The translations under genes and the position numbers were made by a program. 40,804 nt of DNA from the NCBI RefSeq assembly GCF_001194135.2, contig NC_068984.1, positions 50,039,020-50,079,823 of the forward strand. Reading direction: 5' to 3'. Source of the DNA: Octopus bimaculoides (lineage: Eukaryota). Positions 1-10,875 of the stretch are shown here, in pieces. The notes beneath the pieces were generated by a model. The model was not told the DNA's origin. It saw only the letters and a list, made by a program, of their open reading frames with translations, and ran no database searches. How positions within the stretch are numbered: the stretch's first letter is position 1; each line of letters opens with the position of its first letter.

Positions 1-94
1 AAATATATAAAATAATAATAATAAATATATAAAATAATAAAAACAATATAAATTTCCCATTCATTCTCTTTCTTTTCTTAGAATACGTGCATTC

Positions 95-480
95 ATTACC
101 TCCACCAAGAAAGGAGGTTTTGTTTTCATTAGCGTTGGTTTGTCCGTTTGTCTGTCTGTGTGAAGAATAACTCAAAAAGTTGTAAACGGTATTTGATGAA
201 ACTTGCAAGAAAAGTTGATAATGACACAAGGAACAGACGATGAAATTTTGGTAGTGATCTGGGAATTTTTATGGATTCTTGAAGGATTTTTCATTTGTTA
301 TATTTACTTTACATGAAGTATTACAAGTTTACGTTCTTTGATTATCTCCCTTGAAAACACGTTCATCGTTTGCACGTAACCAATAGTGGCGTTGCTGTTT
401 CCAACGTTTATTTTCGTTTCTCCATTAGTAATTTTACTCGCGTATCTATCTTAAAACGAGCTGCTTGGCGGAGGTCTGCG
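95..480 (+). mobile_element. Non-autonomous Helentron-associated element (HINE/DINE-1-like)
   Basis: 5' hairpin ACCTCC(98-103)...GGAGGT(113-118); subterminal inverted repeats ACCTCCACCAAG (98-109) and CTTGGCGGAGGT (464-475), 11/12 match; (GTYY)n tract at 137-160. This layout is the known HINE/DINE-1 architecture. Confidence 0.7.
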
Positions 481-620
481 GAGGATGACATGATAAGCCT
501 TGACTATTGGGATCGACTCAAAAAGCTCAAGCTATGCTCCTACCACCGCCGCTCTGAGCTCTATATCATCTGTATGATGTGGAAAATATTCCATCAACAT
601 TGCCCATCTTTAAAATTCGA
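481..620 (+). pseudogene. CR1/L2-group LINE ORF2 C-terminal fragment
   Basis: Translates LDYWDRLKKLKLCSYHRRSELYIICMMWKI, resembling the post-RT motif L.YW.RL..L.L.SL.RRR.RY.II..WKI of CR1-group LINEs (recognition, not a database hit). Confidence 0.6.
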
Positions 621-903
621 TGTGGTGGTGTTGGAGGTGGAGGTGATTGAATAGTGAAAAGTATATTCTTTTCATTTGAACTGAGTTTTTTTTATATCAC
701 CTATCACTTAACACATGCGCATAAGTGCAATTCCGTGAAATATTCATGCTTATTAACGTGGCAGATATATACTACTAAAAGTTGTATCATATGTACAGGA
801 TATATTTTCTTTTGGTTTATGGGAAAAATGGAAAAATAAGAATGAATATTTATTTTATGAGTGCTGTGTATTAAGTCTATAAAATTGTGCGTAAAAAATA
901 CAT

Positions 904-1006
904 AGTGTATAAATAAAGTGCATGAAGTGTATAAAGTGTATAAAGTGTATATAAAGTGTATATATAAAGTGCATTAAGAATATTAAGTATATATATAAAG
1001 TGTATT
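904..1006. repeat. Degenerate minisatellite, unit ~TAAAGTGTA(TA)
   Basis: Repeated aaagtgta/aaagtgca units visible directly. Confidence 0.75.
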
Positions 1007-1189
1007 AGGTAATCATCGTATTCCAATTTCTTTCACTTTTCAATAAGTTGTAGATGAAACACTATCTTTCCATACAGACACACCACGGGCTATCTTTCAG
1101 GTTTTTTCGATAAAGTTTTCAAAAATAACCCAATAGGTTTACCATTAATTCTGCGAAATATTCACGAGTCCCGCTAGTATATATTAACT

Positions 1190-1300
1190 TCTATTTGATT
1201 GGTACCTCTTTTATATCGACCTCATAAAGATAAAAGATAAAGTCGATCTCAGTGGTTGAAAATAGATGCAATTGAATATCGCAAGACGTTTCGTATGACA
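1190..1300 (-). mobile_element. Degenerate SINE family A fragment
   Basis: tggtacctcttttatatcgacc...aaagtcgatctcagtgg resembles the minus-strand family A copies at 14011-14200 and 17735-17944. Confidence 0.5.
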
Positions 1301-1687
1301 GTACCATTTTTATCATGACATCACAACCTATCACAACCTATCCTTCACAGTCGGAGACACTTTTACGAAGTCGTTCAACCATATCTCATTCAAATTACAT
1401 TCTACGATCAGCAAACAAAAATGATGCTTTGAATAATGTTGGTGTTACACTATGTCTAGAAATTAAGAAAATAGAGGAGATAAACCACGTTTGAATGCAC
1501 TGCATCATAGTACCTTGCTGTCAAACGGCAGTAGCAGCTGCAGCAGCAAAAACAGCAACGACGATGACGATGACCACGACGACGACTAAGAACACCTCGA
1601 CTGTTGTTTTTCCTTTCCAGTGACCATTCCACTCTAATATTCGTCATTAATATAAAAAAATAATGAGGATATTAAGAGAATAAATAG

Positions 1688-1721
1688 CAACAATAACAAC
1701 AACAACAACAACAACAACAAC

Positions 1722-1778
<57 letters not shown>
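1688..1778. repeat. (CAA)n(TAA)n compound microsatellite
   Basis: Direct inspection. Confidence 0.95.
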
Positions 1779-1924
1779 TCTTATTGCACTCATTAGCCCT
1801 AATTAGTAATAAACTGTATAATTGCAATCAATTTAAAATTTTCGTCCAGTAATTACGTAAAAATAAGATTACAGTATTGCATATTGATCTTTAATTTCTG
1901 TCTCATTTGAGCAGTGGGAATGAT

Positions 1925-2358
1925 GGCGATATGAGGAGGAGAATAAGGAAGAGGAAGGTAACGAGGAGGGATGAATATAAGGAGGAGGAGGATGAAGATA
2001 AGAAGAGGAAGATAAAGAAGAGGAAGATAAGGAAGAGGAGGAGGGCGATGACGACAAGGAGGAGGAGACGAAGGAGGAAGTGAAAGAAGAAGAGGCTGGT
2101 GATTATGATGATGATGATGATGACAGTGATAGTAGTGGTGATGACAGTGTCGATGATGGCGGCAGTGATGGCGATGGCTGTAGTGTGGCTAGTGATGATG
2201 ATGATGGTGATGATGATGATGGTGATGATGATGACGAATCTTGTTTATTCTTAAATAATTATCTTAATAATGAAGATTACGTTAAAATAGATTTACGATC
2301 CTAGAGATACCAGTGGCAGAAATGCTGTCAGTGATGTCGCAACACCATAATGACGATT

Positions 2359-2438
<80 letters not shown>

Positions 2439-2640
2439 GAGGAGGAGGAGGAGGAGGAGGAGGAGGAGGAGGAGGAGGAGGAGGAGGAGGAGGAGGAGGA
2501 GGAGGAGGAGGAAGATGATGATTATGACAACAACGTTGGTAAAGTGAATGATGACGATAATGACTCGAGGAAAATAATGACGACGAGGACAGTGATGAAT
2601 GAGAATGAGGTTGATGATGGCAACATCATTAATAGTGAGA
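1925..2640. repeat. Purine-rich trinucleotide low-complexity block including (GAC)n(GAT)n(GAG)n at 2361-2510
   Basis: Direct inspection; source of the poly-D/E, poly-T/M/R and poly-S ORFs in the track. Confidence 0.9.
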
Positions 2641-3046
2641 GCAAAGTAATGTTCATGGAGATATGTTGTTGTTGTTGTCGTTGTGTTAGTTCTTATTGGT
2701 TACAAACAGATCAGTGCTGCGTAAGCAGCTCTACGACCAACATCTCTCTCCAGCCGGGGTCATAAAGTCTGTTATTCAAACAGTGTAAATAGGACTACAT
2801 TATCAAATGTTGGGCTGTAGTAGTAGTAGTAGTAGTAGTTGTGGTGCTGCTGCTGGTGGTGGTGGTGTTCGTCGTCGTGGCGGAACAGGAATATTGTTTA
2901 TACATTTATTAAAAAAAAACAACTTAATAATAAAAATAATCAAGTAATTAGAAAATATTTTGGAACGTTGTGTATTTTTTTATTTATTTATTTTTTTCTG
3001 TAGCTTTAATCAAACTTAGACTCCTGCAGCTGCTAATACAAGACAT

Positions 3047-3055
3047 GAACACACA

Positions 3056-3090
<35 letters not shown>
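3047..3090. repeat. (CA)n microsatellite
   Basis: Direct inspection. Confidence 0.95.
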
Positions 3091-3094
<4 letters not shown>

Positions 3095-3643
3095 GAAAAC
3101 ACACACAAACGCACACTCAAGTATACACTCAGAAATACAATGTGTGTGTGTGTGTTAAAGTGAGTTTGTAGGTGGGAGTATATTTACGTAAATTTGCATA
3201 TTCATATATGTCTGCATTCCTGTGTATTCTCATTAAAAAAAGATCTTTTATTTCTTTATACTTGATATTTGATATAATTCGGTATGTTTGACTTCTCGTG
3301 ATTATTACAATTCTAAGCGTATCGACCAATACTCTTTAAAAGATGTTCTGAGTAACAATAGAATGATTCATTAACGAGTTTCTAATAAACATGACCTTTG
3401 TATGGACTATCAATGACATTATTTTGTAGTATTATCAAGTAAAATAAACATGAATAAGCTTGTCACTCATTTCCTTGCAGATTTTAAGCACTTTTCGGTC
3501 TACTTCTTGCTGTGGACGCCCCACTTGATTTAGCTTCCTGTTTCTGGATACTTTCTAAGAAGTAGCTTCCAATGTCTTATTTTCGCCTCAGATCGATCAG
3601 AAGCAGCTGCAGTCTACGGAAAACATCAATATTTAAAGTAATA

Positions 3644-3789
3644 AAGGTGTCGAGCTGGCAGAATCGTTAGCACGCCAGGCTAAATGCTTCGCAGCATTTC
3701 GTCCGTCTTCACGTTCTGGGTTCGAATTTCGCGGAGGTCGACTTTGCCTTTCATCCTTTCGGGATTAATCACATAAGAAATCAGTTGAG
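3644..3789 (+). mobile_element. tRNA-derived SINE family A, 5' two-thirds
   Basis: A-box-like TGGCAGAATCG and B-box-like GGTTCGAATT; colinear with copies at 21453-21660 and 22827-23040. Confidence 0.85.
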
Positions 3790-3888
3790 AGTTTGTAAGA
3801 GGTCGTTATTTACCTACGAAAGGATTAGAAGAAGCAAAATATCGTACAAAATTCTTTGCTTTTTATTTAAGTTGTCAAATGAATTCGT

Positions 3889-4038
3889 TTTTTCATTTTA
3901 TTTTTCATCTTTATTTTTCATCTTTATATTTTTTCATCTTATTTTTCATCGTCATATTTTTCATTTTATTTTTCATCATAAAATTTTTTTTTCTTCTTTA
4001 TTGTTTTTCATTTTATTTTTCATCTTTATTTTTCATCA
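3889..4038. repeat. ~13-bp minisatellite (TTTTTCATCTTTA)n
   Basis: About 11 degenerate units directly downstream of the mariner stop codon (minus strand). Confidence 0.85.
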
Positions 4039-4053
4039 ACATTAAAAAAAAAA

Positions 4054-4658
4054 TCATTCAATAATATATTCTCCATTATTCATGATTTCTTGCTCAAAAG
4101 TTCCATTAGTTTTCAATGTCCTGACAGTAGCTATCACCGTGACTTGACTCGAAGAATTCATGGAGTCATGTTTCAGCTCCATATCTTTATTGAACGAAAC
4201 ACCTAAACTGTTGGAGAACGACAGAAAAAGACGATATTCTGAAGGTGCTATATCAGGAGAATGCGGTGGGCGAGGTAGAACTTCGCAACCGAGTTCTTGA
4301 ATAGCATTCTTAATCAAATTAGTGACGTGTGGGCAAGCGCTATTGTTTTTTGGACCTTATTCATCGAGTGAAGGTGACGGGTGACGTTATCATTCCTCGT
4401 GTATTGAAACATTCTCGAAGATGAGCTCGATTGTCATTGTATTGAACAAGTTGGCCGGATGGTGGAGAGTCTGTCGGGTCAAATTCCCCCGTCTTTGACG
4501 CATGAAAACCGTTTCTCTGTTCTTCTTCCAGCATTGTCACCTTCGTACACAGCACAAATGTTTCAAGCGTCTCTGACAGCTTTGGAACTGTAATTGAGAG
4601 CGAAGAGAAGTAGATGTCGAAAATGGCCATTTTTCTCTACTTGGTATTCTATCATCAT
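4054..4658 (-). pseudogene. Mariner transposase pseudogene
   Basis: Frameshifted motifs in order: MIEYQVEKNGHFRHLL; ICAVY; KTGEFDPTDSPPSG; RHLHSMNKVQK joined directly to NSACPHVT (HDNARPH equivalent); PHSPDIAPSEYRLF; NNGEYIIE stop. Confidence 0.85.
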
Positions 4659-5295
4659 ATGTCTGAAAAGAGGTAAAATTTATTCAAAGTACAGAAAAGA
4701 GAAACAAAAGTTGTACGGGAAGTAAAAGGGCTACAAAAATAACCCATAAAACACTAGAATAAAAATATTTTTCATGTTATTTCAAGTAACATTAGAAAGA
4801 AACGAACAAATATATTCTACAACTCTAGTTACATTTTCGTCAAAATACTGCGGTAGACGAGATTTTCCTTTCAACCTTCTGAAAATGTGTACCAGTGGGG
4901 GCGATTAAAATGGCTCCCTACATATTTGAGTTTTAGCCAAATAAGAAATTCTAATCTATTTAAGAACCAGTCATCTAGGACATTTGTAGATAACTGAGGG
5001 CTATATCAGTTTTCTTTATTTCTTTGTTGCCTTTATAAATTCCTTTTCATACTTGAGAATTATTTAAAAATAAAATATGAGCTGGTATAAATATCTTTGG
5101 CTATAAGATGAGAGTGAAGAGAAGAAGAGGAAGAAGAAGAGGGAAAGGTAAGGATAAGACAAAGGAGAGAAAATGTTGAAGAAAATATTAAATTGAAGAT
5201 ATAAAACTGAAAAAGACAACATAGGATTTATTCACTGAAAGAATTTTGGTTGATTGAATAAGGACGACGAAAATAAAATTTTGTGAAGATTTAAT

Positions 5296-5538
5296 GGTTG
5301 GTGCGTGCATGTGCCTGTGTTGACATGTATATGCGTGTGTGCATGTGCATGACTATGCACATATGCGTGTGCGCGCGTGCGTATGCGTGTGTGGATATGT
5401 GCATGTGCGTGTCTGTGCGTACAAATATGTTTGTGTATGTGTATATTTATGTGTGTATGTGCGTGTGCCTGCACTCACGCACGTTTGGGCGTGCGTGCGA
5501 GCGTGCGTGTGTGTGTGTATGTGTATGTGTGTGTGTGT
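5296..5538. repeat. Mixed (GT/GC/AT) dinucleotide microsatellite
   Basis: Direct inspection. Confidence 0.9.
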
Positions 5539-6631
5539 AAGGACGCACAACCGGAATTAATACACTGATAAAATAATTTGATTGGCTTACACAAGTGACA
5601 GATTTGAATTGAGATGAAGGAAAAATAGGAATTTGACACTTTCAGGATGTTATTTATTATTTCTGTTTTTTGCTAAAGCATATGCATGCTCTCCTCTATG
5701 TGTGGTGTTCAAAAACAATACAAATGACCTAATTTGTGGATGTTGATTCCACATCCTGCACTGACAATCTGAAGCTATTGATTTTTATACCATATTTTCA
5801 ATACATTTCAACTTCGAATGACTGAAAGTACAATATTTTGCTTTTTATAACAGTCAAATTCGAGTTGTACTCGATTTTAATTCTCATAAGGTAAGATGAG
5901 ACGGAAGATAAGTCCTATAAAATTAAAGGTAAGACATAAGAAGAAAGATAAGTCTCGTAAACATGTTTTAAGGTCACCATTGAAAAAAACATCAGGAATT
6001 TTACTTTCGGAATGTCATTCTAGGCGAAACACATTTATCTAAAATTTATATTCACGGGCGTGCTTTCATTAATACCTCTAGCAACAATATACTTCCGTTG
6101 TTGTGTCACATCAAACAGTTGCGAGTAATTCTACATTAGGGTGTTTTATTGCAGCCGAGTGGACTGGAATTATCGATAGTAAAGCGCTTGTGACATGGTC
6201 ACAACATCATATTGGTGACACAAAGAATAAAATGAAACAAACGGATATATACTGAGATGACAGTCTCTTATTTTACAGCATCTTGTGAGAATATATGCTA
6301 TTCTATGTAACAATTAATCTGCTTCTCTGTTCCTTGTTGTACTGTATTATTTCGCTACCAAATTTTTGAATGTTTTTATTTATTATGTACGGAGTTTTCA
6401 TATTAATACGAACCAGTTAACTGACGTTTGAAAATTTACAGTAGATCGAAATTAATTACGTTCTTGTGTTACGTTACTGGCTGAAACGTTTTGTAGTTAT
6501 AGCAGCGAGACATTATATACATTAGTACACACACGCACACACACACACACACATACACACACACACATACATATATATACACGCATATATATATATGTAT
6601 GTGCATATTCATATATATATATGTATATGTA

Positions 6632-6923
6632 TTCTTCTATTCTTTTATTTGTTTCAATCATTTGACAGCGGGCATGCAAATCGATCACAAGACTTATTCT
6701 TTGTAAGCCTAGCACTTATTCTATCGGTCTCTTATGCCGAACAGCATAAGGGACGTAAACATACCAACATCGGTTGTCAAGCGATGGTAGGGGGGACAAA
6801 CACAGACACACATATATATATACATATATATATACGACGGGCTTCTTTCAGTTAACCAAATCCACTCACAAGGCTTCGGTCGGCCCGAGGCTATAGTAGA
6901 AGACGCTTTCCCAAAGAGCCACA
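6632..6923 (-). mobile_element. CORE-type SINE (family B), 3' portion of a split copy
   Basis: Colinear with the intact copy at 30610-31159 up to gaagacgctttcccaaagagccaca. Confidence 0.85.
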
Positions 6924-8299
6924 GTTTCCACCGTCGGTAGCACAATTTCCACCGACGAGCCTTCCTCCGTTGGTGGCACAATACCCACCGACGGAAATTC
7001 GGGACACGCCGGCGGTGCGCTATCAGCCGCCGGCCGTGTCCCGTTCTTCCTTTTTTCTTCTTTTTTGGGCCACGGGAGTAGGGGGCTCTTCCGTCTTAAC
7101 CGGAAAGTCCTCCTCCTCCCCCACAGCATTCGAATCCTTCGGTGGGCAACGATTGCTCTCCACCTTCTTTCTTTTTTTCTTTTTTTCGAGGAGGTTTCCA
7201 CCTACTCGACTTCTTCCATCTCTACCCCTAATGGGGGAGGGGGGTACTACTTTTATTAACTGCTCCAGGACCCTACTCTGATCCTGGGGACAGTTTTTTT
7301 CTAATGTGGCCAGGCTCCAGGCACAGATGAAACTTGGGGATATTCCATTAAGAATCACCGGAGACCTGGACCCGGCCATTCTTAGAAAACCTGGAAAAAA
7401 CAGATCTTTGACTGATTGGGTCCACAAGGTCAAAACAGCTTTTGACCCAACCCAATCAGCCACAGGCAGAGTTTTAACGTTTAGGAGCTTGGCTCCGCTG
7501 TCACCCAGACCCCGGCGGATAGTATCCTCTATCCACTCGGGTTCTCTCTTGGTTGGCAGCCCACAAACCCAAGCTCTTGTTAATTTCTTCCTACAGAATG
7601 TGGGAATAAACGAAAGTTTTTGCCCTTCTAAGAGCTGACTCGCAAACTTGCGAGCCACTTCAGGGGTGTCAAATAGCAACCACATCGTTGCGTACTTGAC
7701 ACCCCTGGCAATAAACTTAATAGTTGGCAGATATTCTGCCAACACTTTTTCAAGTTCAACTTTGGGAAAGACCGTAATGGTGTCGAATGACTTAGAGTAC
7801 GTCCTCAACACCACCGTTCTTTCCCTTAAATCTTTTAACCACTGCTTGGGGGGGGGGGGGCAATCTCCCACTCCAACGTAGTGTTTCCCTTTTTTGCCAT
7901 GCTTGCATGAAAAGTTAAAAAAGTTAAAAAAAGGTCCACAAAGAAAAGTCTAACTACAGTTAAAAAACGCAAAACAAAAAGAACAGAAAGACAGAGCAGA
8001 GAAGAAGAAGGAAGGAAAACAATTCTGGCCACCCGGTAATCCTGGATACGCCCCCAAGAACAACATTTCTCAAAATTGAGTCACTTTGCGGGACTGCAGA
8101 CAGACAAATGTCTGGGACCCAGTGGGGATTTCATATTTGAAAAATGAAAAACAATGTCAAACAACAAAACCCTACTAAATCCTCAAAAAACAGATGCCTA
8201 CCTAACAGTTACGCCTTTAATATTGCTTTACTTCAAGACGGCCTCGAAAGCACGTCTTGACAACATTCAGTGTGGAACTAACCAACTAACGCATGCGCA
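6924..8299 (-). mobile_element. L1/Tx1-clade non-LTR retrotransposon, 5' fragment (5'UTR + ORF1, no ORF2)
   Basis: GC-richer 1376-bp block between the two halves of one SINE; ~400-bp pyrimidine-rich leader followed by a gag-like ORF1. Confidence 0.72.
7023..7900 (-). pseudogene. ORF1 (gag-like, RRM-like + CCHC zinc knuckle) of Tx1/L1-type LINE, frameshifted
   Basis: ATG at 7900 (MAKKGNTTLEWEIA) is offset from the 282-codon ORF by a 13-nt homopolymer (7848-7860). RRM-like segments TVVLR..MWLLFDTPEVARKF and RAWVCGLP..EWIEDTIRRGL. An alternate frame at 7290-7332 gives FHLCLEPGHIRKNC = (C)X2CX4HX4C. Confidence 0.75.
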
Positions 8300-8340
8300 G
8301 TAAGCAAGCTACTTACCACACAGCCACTCCTGCACCTATA
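8300..8340 (-). mobile_element. CORE-type SINE (family B), 5' head of the split copy
   Basis: gtaagcaagctacttaccacacagccactcctgcacctata matches the head of the intact copy at ~31124-31159. Confidence 0.8.
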
Positions 8341-8358
8341 ATATATATATATATATAA

Positions 8359-8410
<52 letters not shown>

Positions 8411-8440
8411 ATATGCACGTAAATGAATATGCATACGTAC

Positions 8441-8472
<32 letters not shown>
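8341..8472. repeat. (TA)n/(GT)n microsatellites
   Basis: Direct inspection. Confidence 0.95.
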
Positions 8473-9547
8473 CCTCTCTGATTCCCTTTTTCTCCCTCTC
8501 ACCGTTCTTTATCTGTCTCTCTCTCCCCTTCTTTCTCTTTTTCTCTCTCTCGTTGCTCACACGGGACCATTTTCCATCTTTCTTTTCTTCACGTGACCAT
8601 CTTTCTTTCCGGCACGGACTTTCTAGGGACTGGATGTCTCCTATCTCTCTCTTCTATTTTTTCTCTTTTCACAGAAAATATTTCTCTCAGCATTCACTAT
8701 TTCTGCCCTTGTTCAGGCCTAACGACCCTCCATGCTTGTTTTCGTTAGGTTCCCTGTATGTTTCCACTAACCTGCTTTTGTTCCTAACTTTGACCCTCCA
8801 TAAATCTAAATTTATATTTTGGTATTTATGCGTGCGACTGTTTTCCAAGACCCATATTGTCGTTGATCGCTCGAAATGGGGAGTAGATAGACAGCCGACA
8901 ACTCCCTTTTTTCTCGTTATTTGCGTATTTAACTCATTTGTTTTCGTATTTCATGTTGTTTACATTTTGTACCCATATATGCATATACATACATACATAC
9001 ATATATATATATATATATGAAGAGAATGTGTTGGGGATTAACATGCTAACCCACTTTCACGCTCCTTCTAGACAGACAGACAGACAGACAGACAGATGTT
9101 TATATCTAATTGTCTTAGAATAGTATCTACAAATGTCATCAAACTTAAGACTTGTGATAACGTTCATGTCTTTAGAGATTTTATAATCACATATTAATAT
9201 TGTATATAGTAATCAATAAGCGGTTTTGTTTCCACTCTTCGTGTTCAGACGGAATTTGGCAATAGACCTAACTACAGATACATACGTATGTTTGGATTTG
9301 TACGTGCATTCATGAGTATGTGTTTGTGTACATGCGTATCCCTATGTGTCTGTCTGCCTACCTCACAAAATGTATGTATGTATGTATGTACGAGGCATGA
9401 ATGTGCGTGAAGAAGTCTAATTCCATACATTCGTTTCCTGCATTCACAGATGGAAGAAAGAAGTATATAACCAGCGAACCAAATAAATAGATAAAAAAGT
9501 AAAAGAAGAATGTAAAAGAAAATAAATAATTTATAAAATAACAGTAG

Positions 9548-9615
9548 TAAATAAATAAATAAATGAATAAATAAATAAATAAATAAATGAATAAATAAAT
9601 AAATAAATAAATAAA
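9548..9615. repeat. (AAAT)n microsatellite
   Basis: Direct inspection. Confidence 0.95.
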
Positions 9616-9861
9616 GGAATGTAAACAGAAATTATTATAAACTATCGATCTTTTGTTTAATATAGGAATCTGCAGATTTAATTCCAGTATCTTCTGAAGA
9701 TTTCTGCGTTACAGTCACCAATTTTTCTTCGATTAAATATTCGCAAGATAATATTATCCTGAACATTTACGCTTGAAAAAGTATTGGCATTTCTGTGCGT
9801 ACCTAAGCCAACATACTGGTCACTCAATACAATATGAATTGAAGTATTTTAAAAGAGTTTC

Positions 9862-9973
9862 CTTGTCAAGGTTTTCTCTAGAGGAATTTTTTTAGCCAGC
9901 ACTGATTTTATTACGAGAAAATCAGTGCTGGCTATAATTTCTAGAGAAAATCTGTAGAGAAAATCTTAACAAG
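9862..9973. repeat. Fold-back inverted repeat (hairpin)
   Basis: Perfect 17-bp arms 9893-9909 and 9918-9934 with an 8-nt loop; outer arms TTTTCTCTAGA 9872-9882 / 9940-9950; 17/19 match of 9862-9880 to 9955-9973. Confidence 0.9.
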
Positions 9974-10178
9974 TGATGTAGTAACGTTACTAATAGAGTA
10001 AAACATAGTATTGACTTATAAAAACGTTTAATATACTTTGTAGCATATAATGATTGCATAACGAAATACAGTGTCCCTACAGGTTATTTCTTTAAAGAAT
10101 TATATCTATGCACCAGCACAATTTTATTTGACCTTCTTATCAAGAGAAAGGGTGAAGCAATGGTTAAAAGTAACTAGT

Positions 10179-10875
10179 TTCGAGACAAATTTCGCGAAAT
10201 TTCCGAATTTACATCTTGGTATTGGATTCAGTATTGGATTCATCTAATCATGCTAAATGATTGCTGAATGTGTTCTTGAGGCATGAAATTAAATTTGCCA
10301 TTGTGAGCTTCTAAATGCACCCATGTTTTGGAAAGCTAAAACACGCTAAGCACGCATCAAAATTTTATTGCTGTTATGGCTCAACTCTAAATTGATTGAG
10401 CAACCGTACGGTCAAAAACATTCTAGCTGTGGCCATCTCGACCGTTTTTTATTGTATCTTGAATCACATTCCGCCAATGTACAATTCTTCTCCAATTGGT
10501 AATGGCTGTACTTATGTGCTTACTTGCATAAATATTCGAGACAAATTTCACGAAATTTCCCAATTTACATCCTGGTCACTATCGGATTCATCTAATTATG
10601 CTAAATGATTGGCTGCATAAGGTCTTAAAGCGTGCAATTATATCTATCATTGAGAGTTTCCGAATATACTCATGTTAGGAAATCCCCAAACATGTTATGC
10701 ACACATCAAAGTTTTATTGGTGTTGTTTTGTCTCTAAGTTAACTGAGCAGCTGTATAATCAAAAACATTCCAACAATGAGCACCTCGTCAGTTTTTACAG
10801 TATCTTGAAGCACATTCCCCCAATGTGTAATACATGTATGGTGGAAATGGTTGTGCTTATAGATGTGTCTACTTG
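10179..10875. repeat. Diverged tandem duplication, period 356 bp
   Basis: ttcgagacaaatttc[g/a]cgaaatttcc starts at 10179 and 10535; colinear anchors ggattcatctaat, atgctaaatgattg, tcaaaaacattc, gtatcttgaa, cacattcc.ccaatgt in both units. Confidence 0.85.

Larger units (their letters stand above)
3866..4748 (-). mobile_element. Internally deleted mariner (Tc1/mariner) DNA transposon
   Basis: Transposase remnants at 4054-4658. Ends are approximate, from weak TIR-like sequence (ttaagttgtc near 3867, aacccata near 4741). Confidence 0.7.

Noticed and set aside
2080-2765. Acidic poly-D/E ORFs as a real protein
   Set aside because: Built entirely from trinucleotide SSRs open in several frames; no domain or splice support.
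8553-9020. 155-aa F/L/S-rich ORF
   Set aside because: Composition reflects pyrimidine-rich low-complexity DNA.
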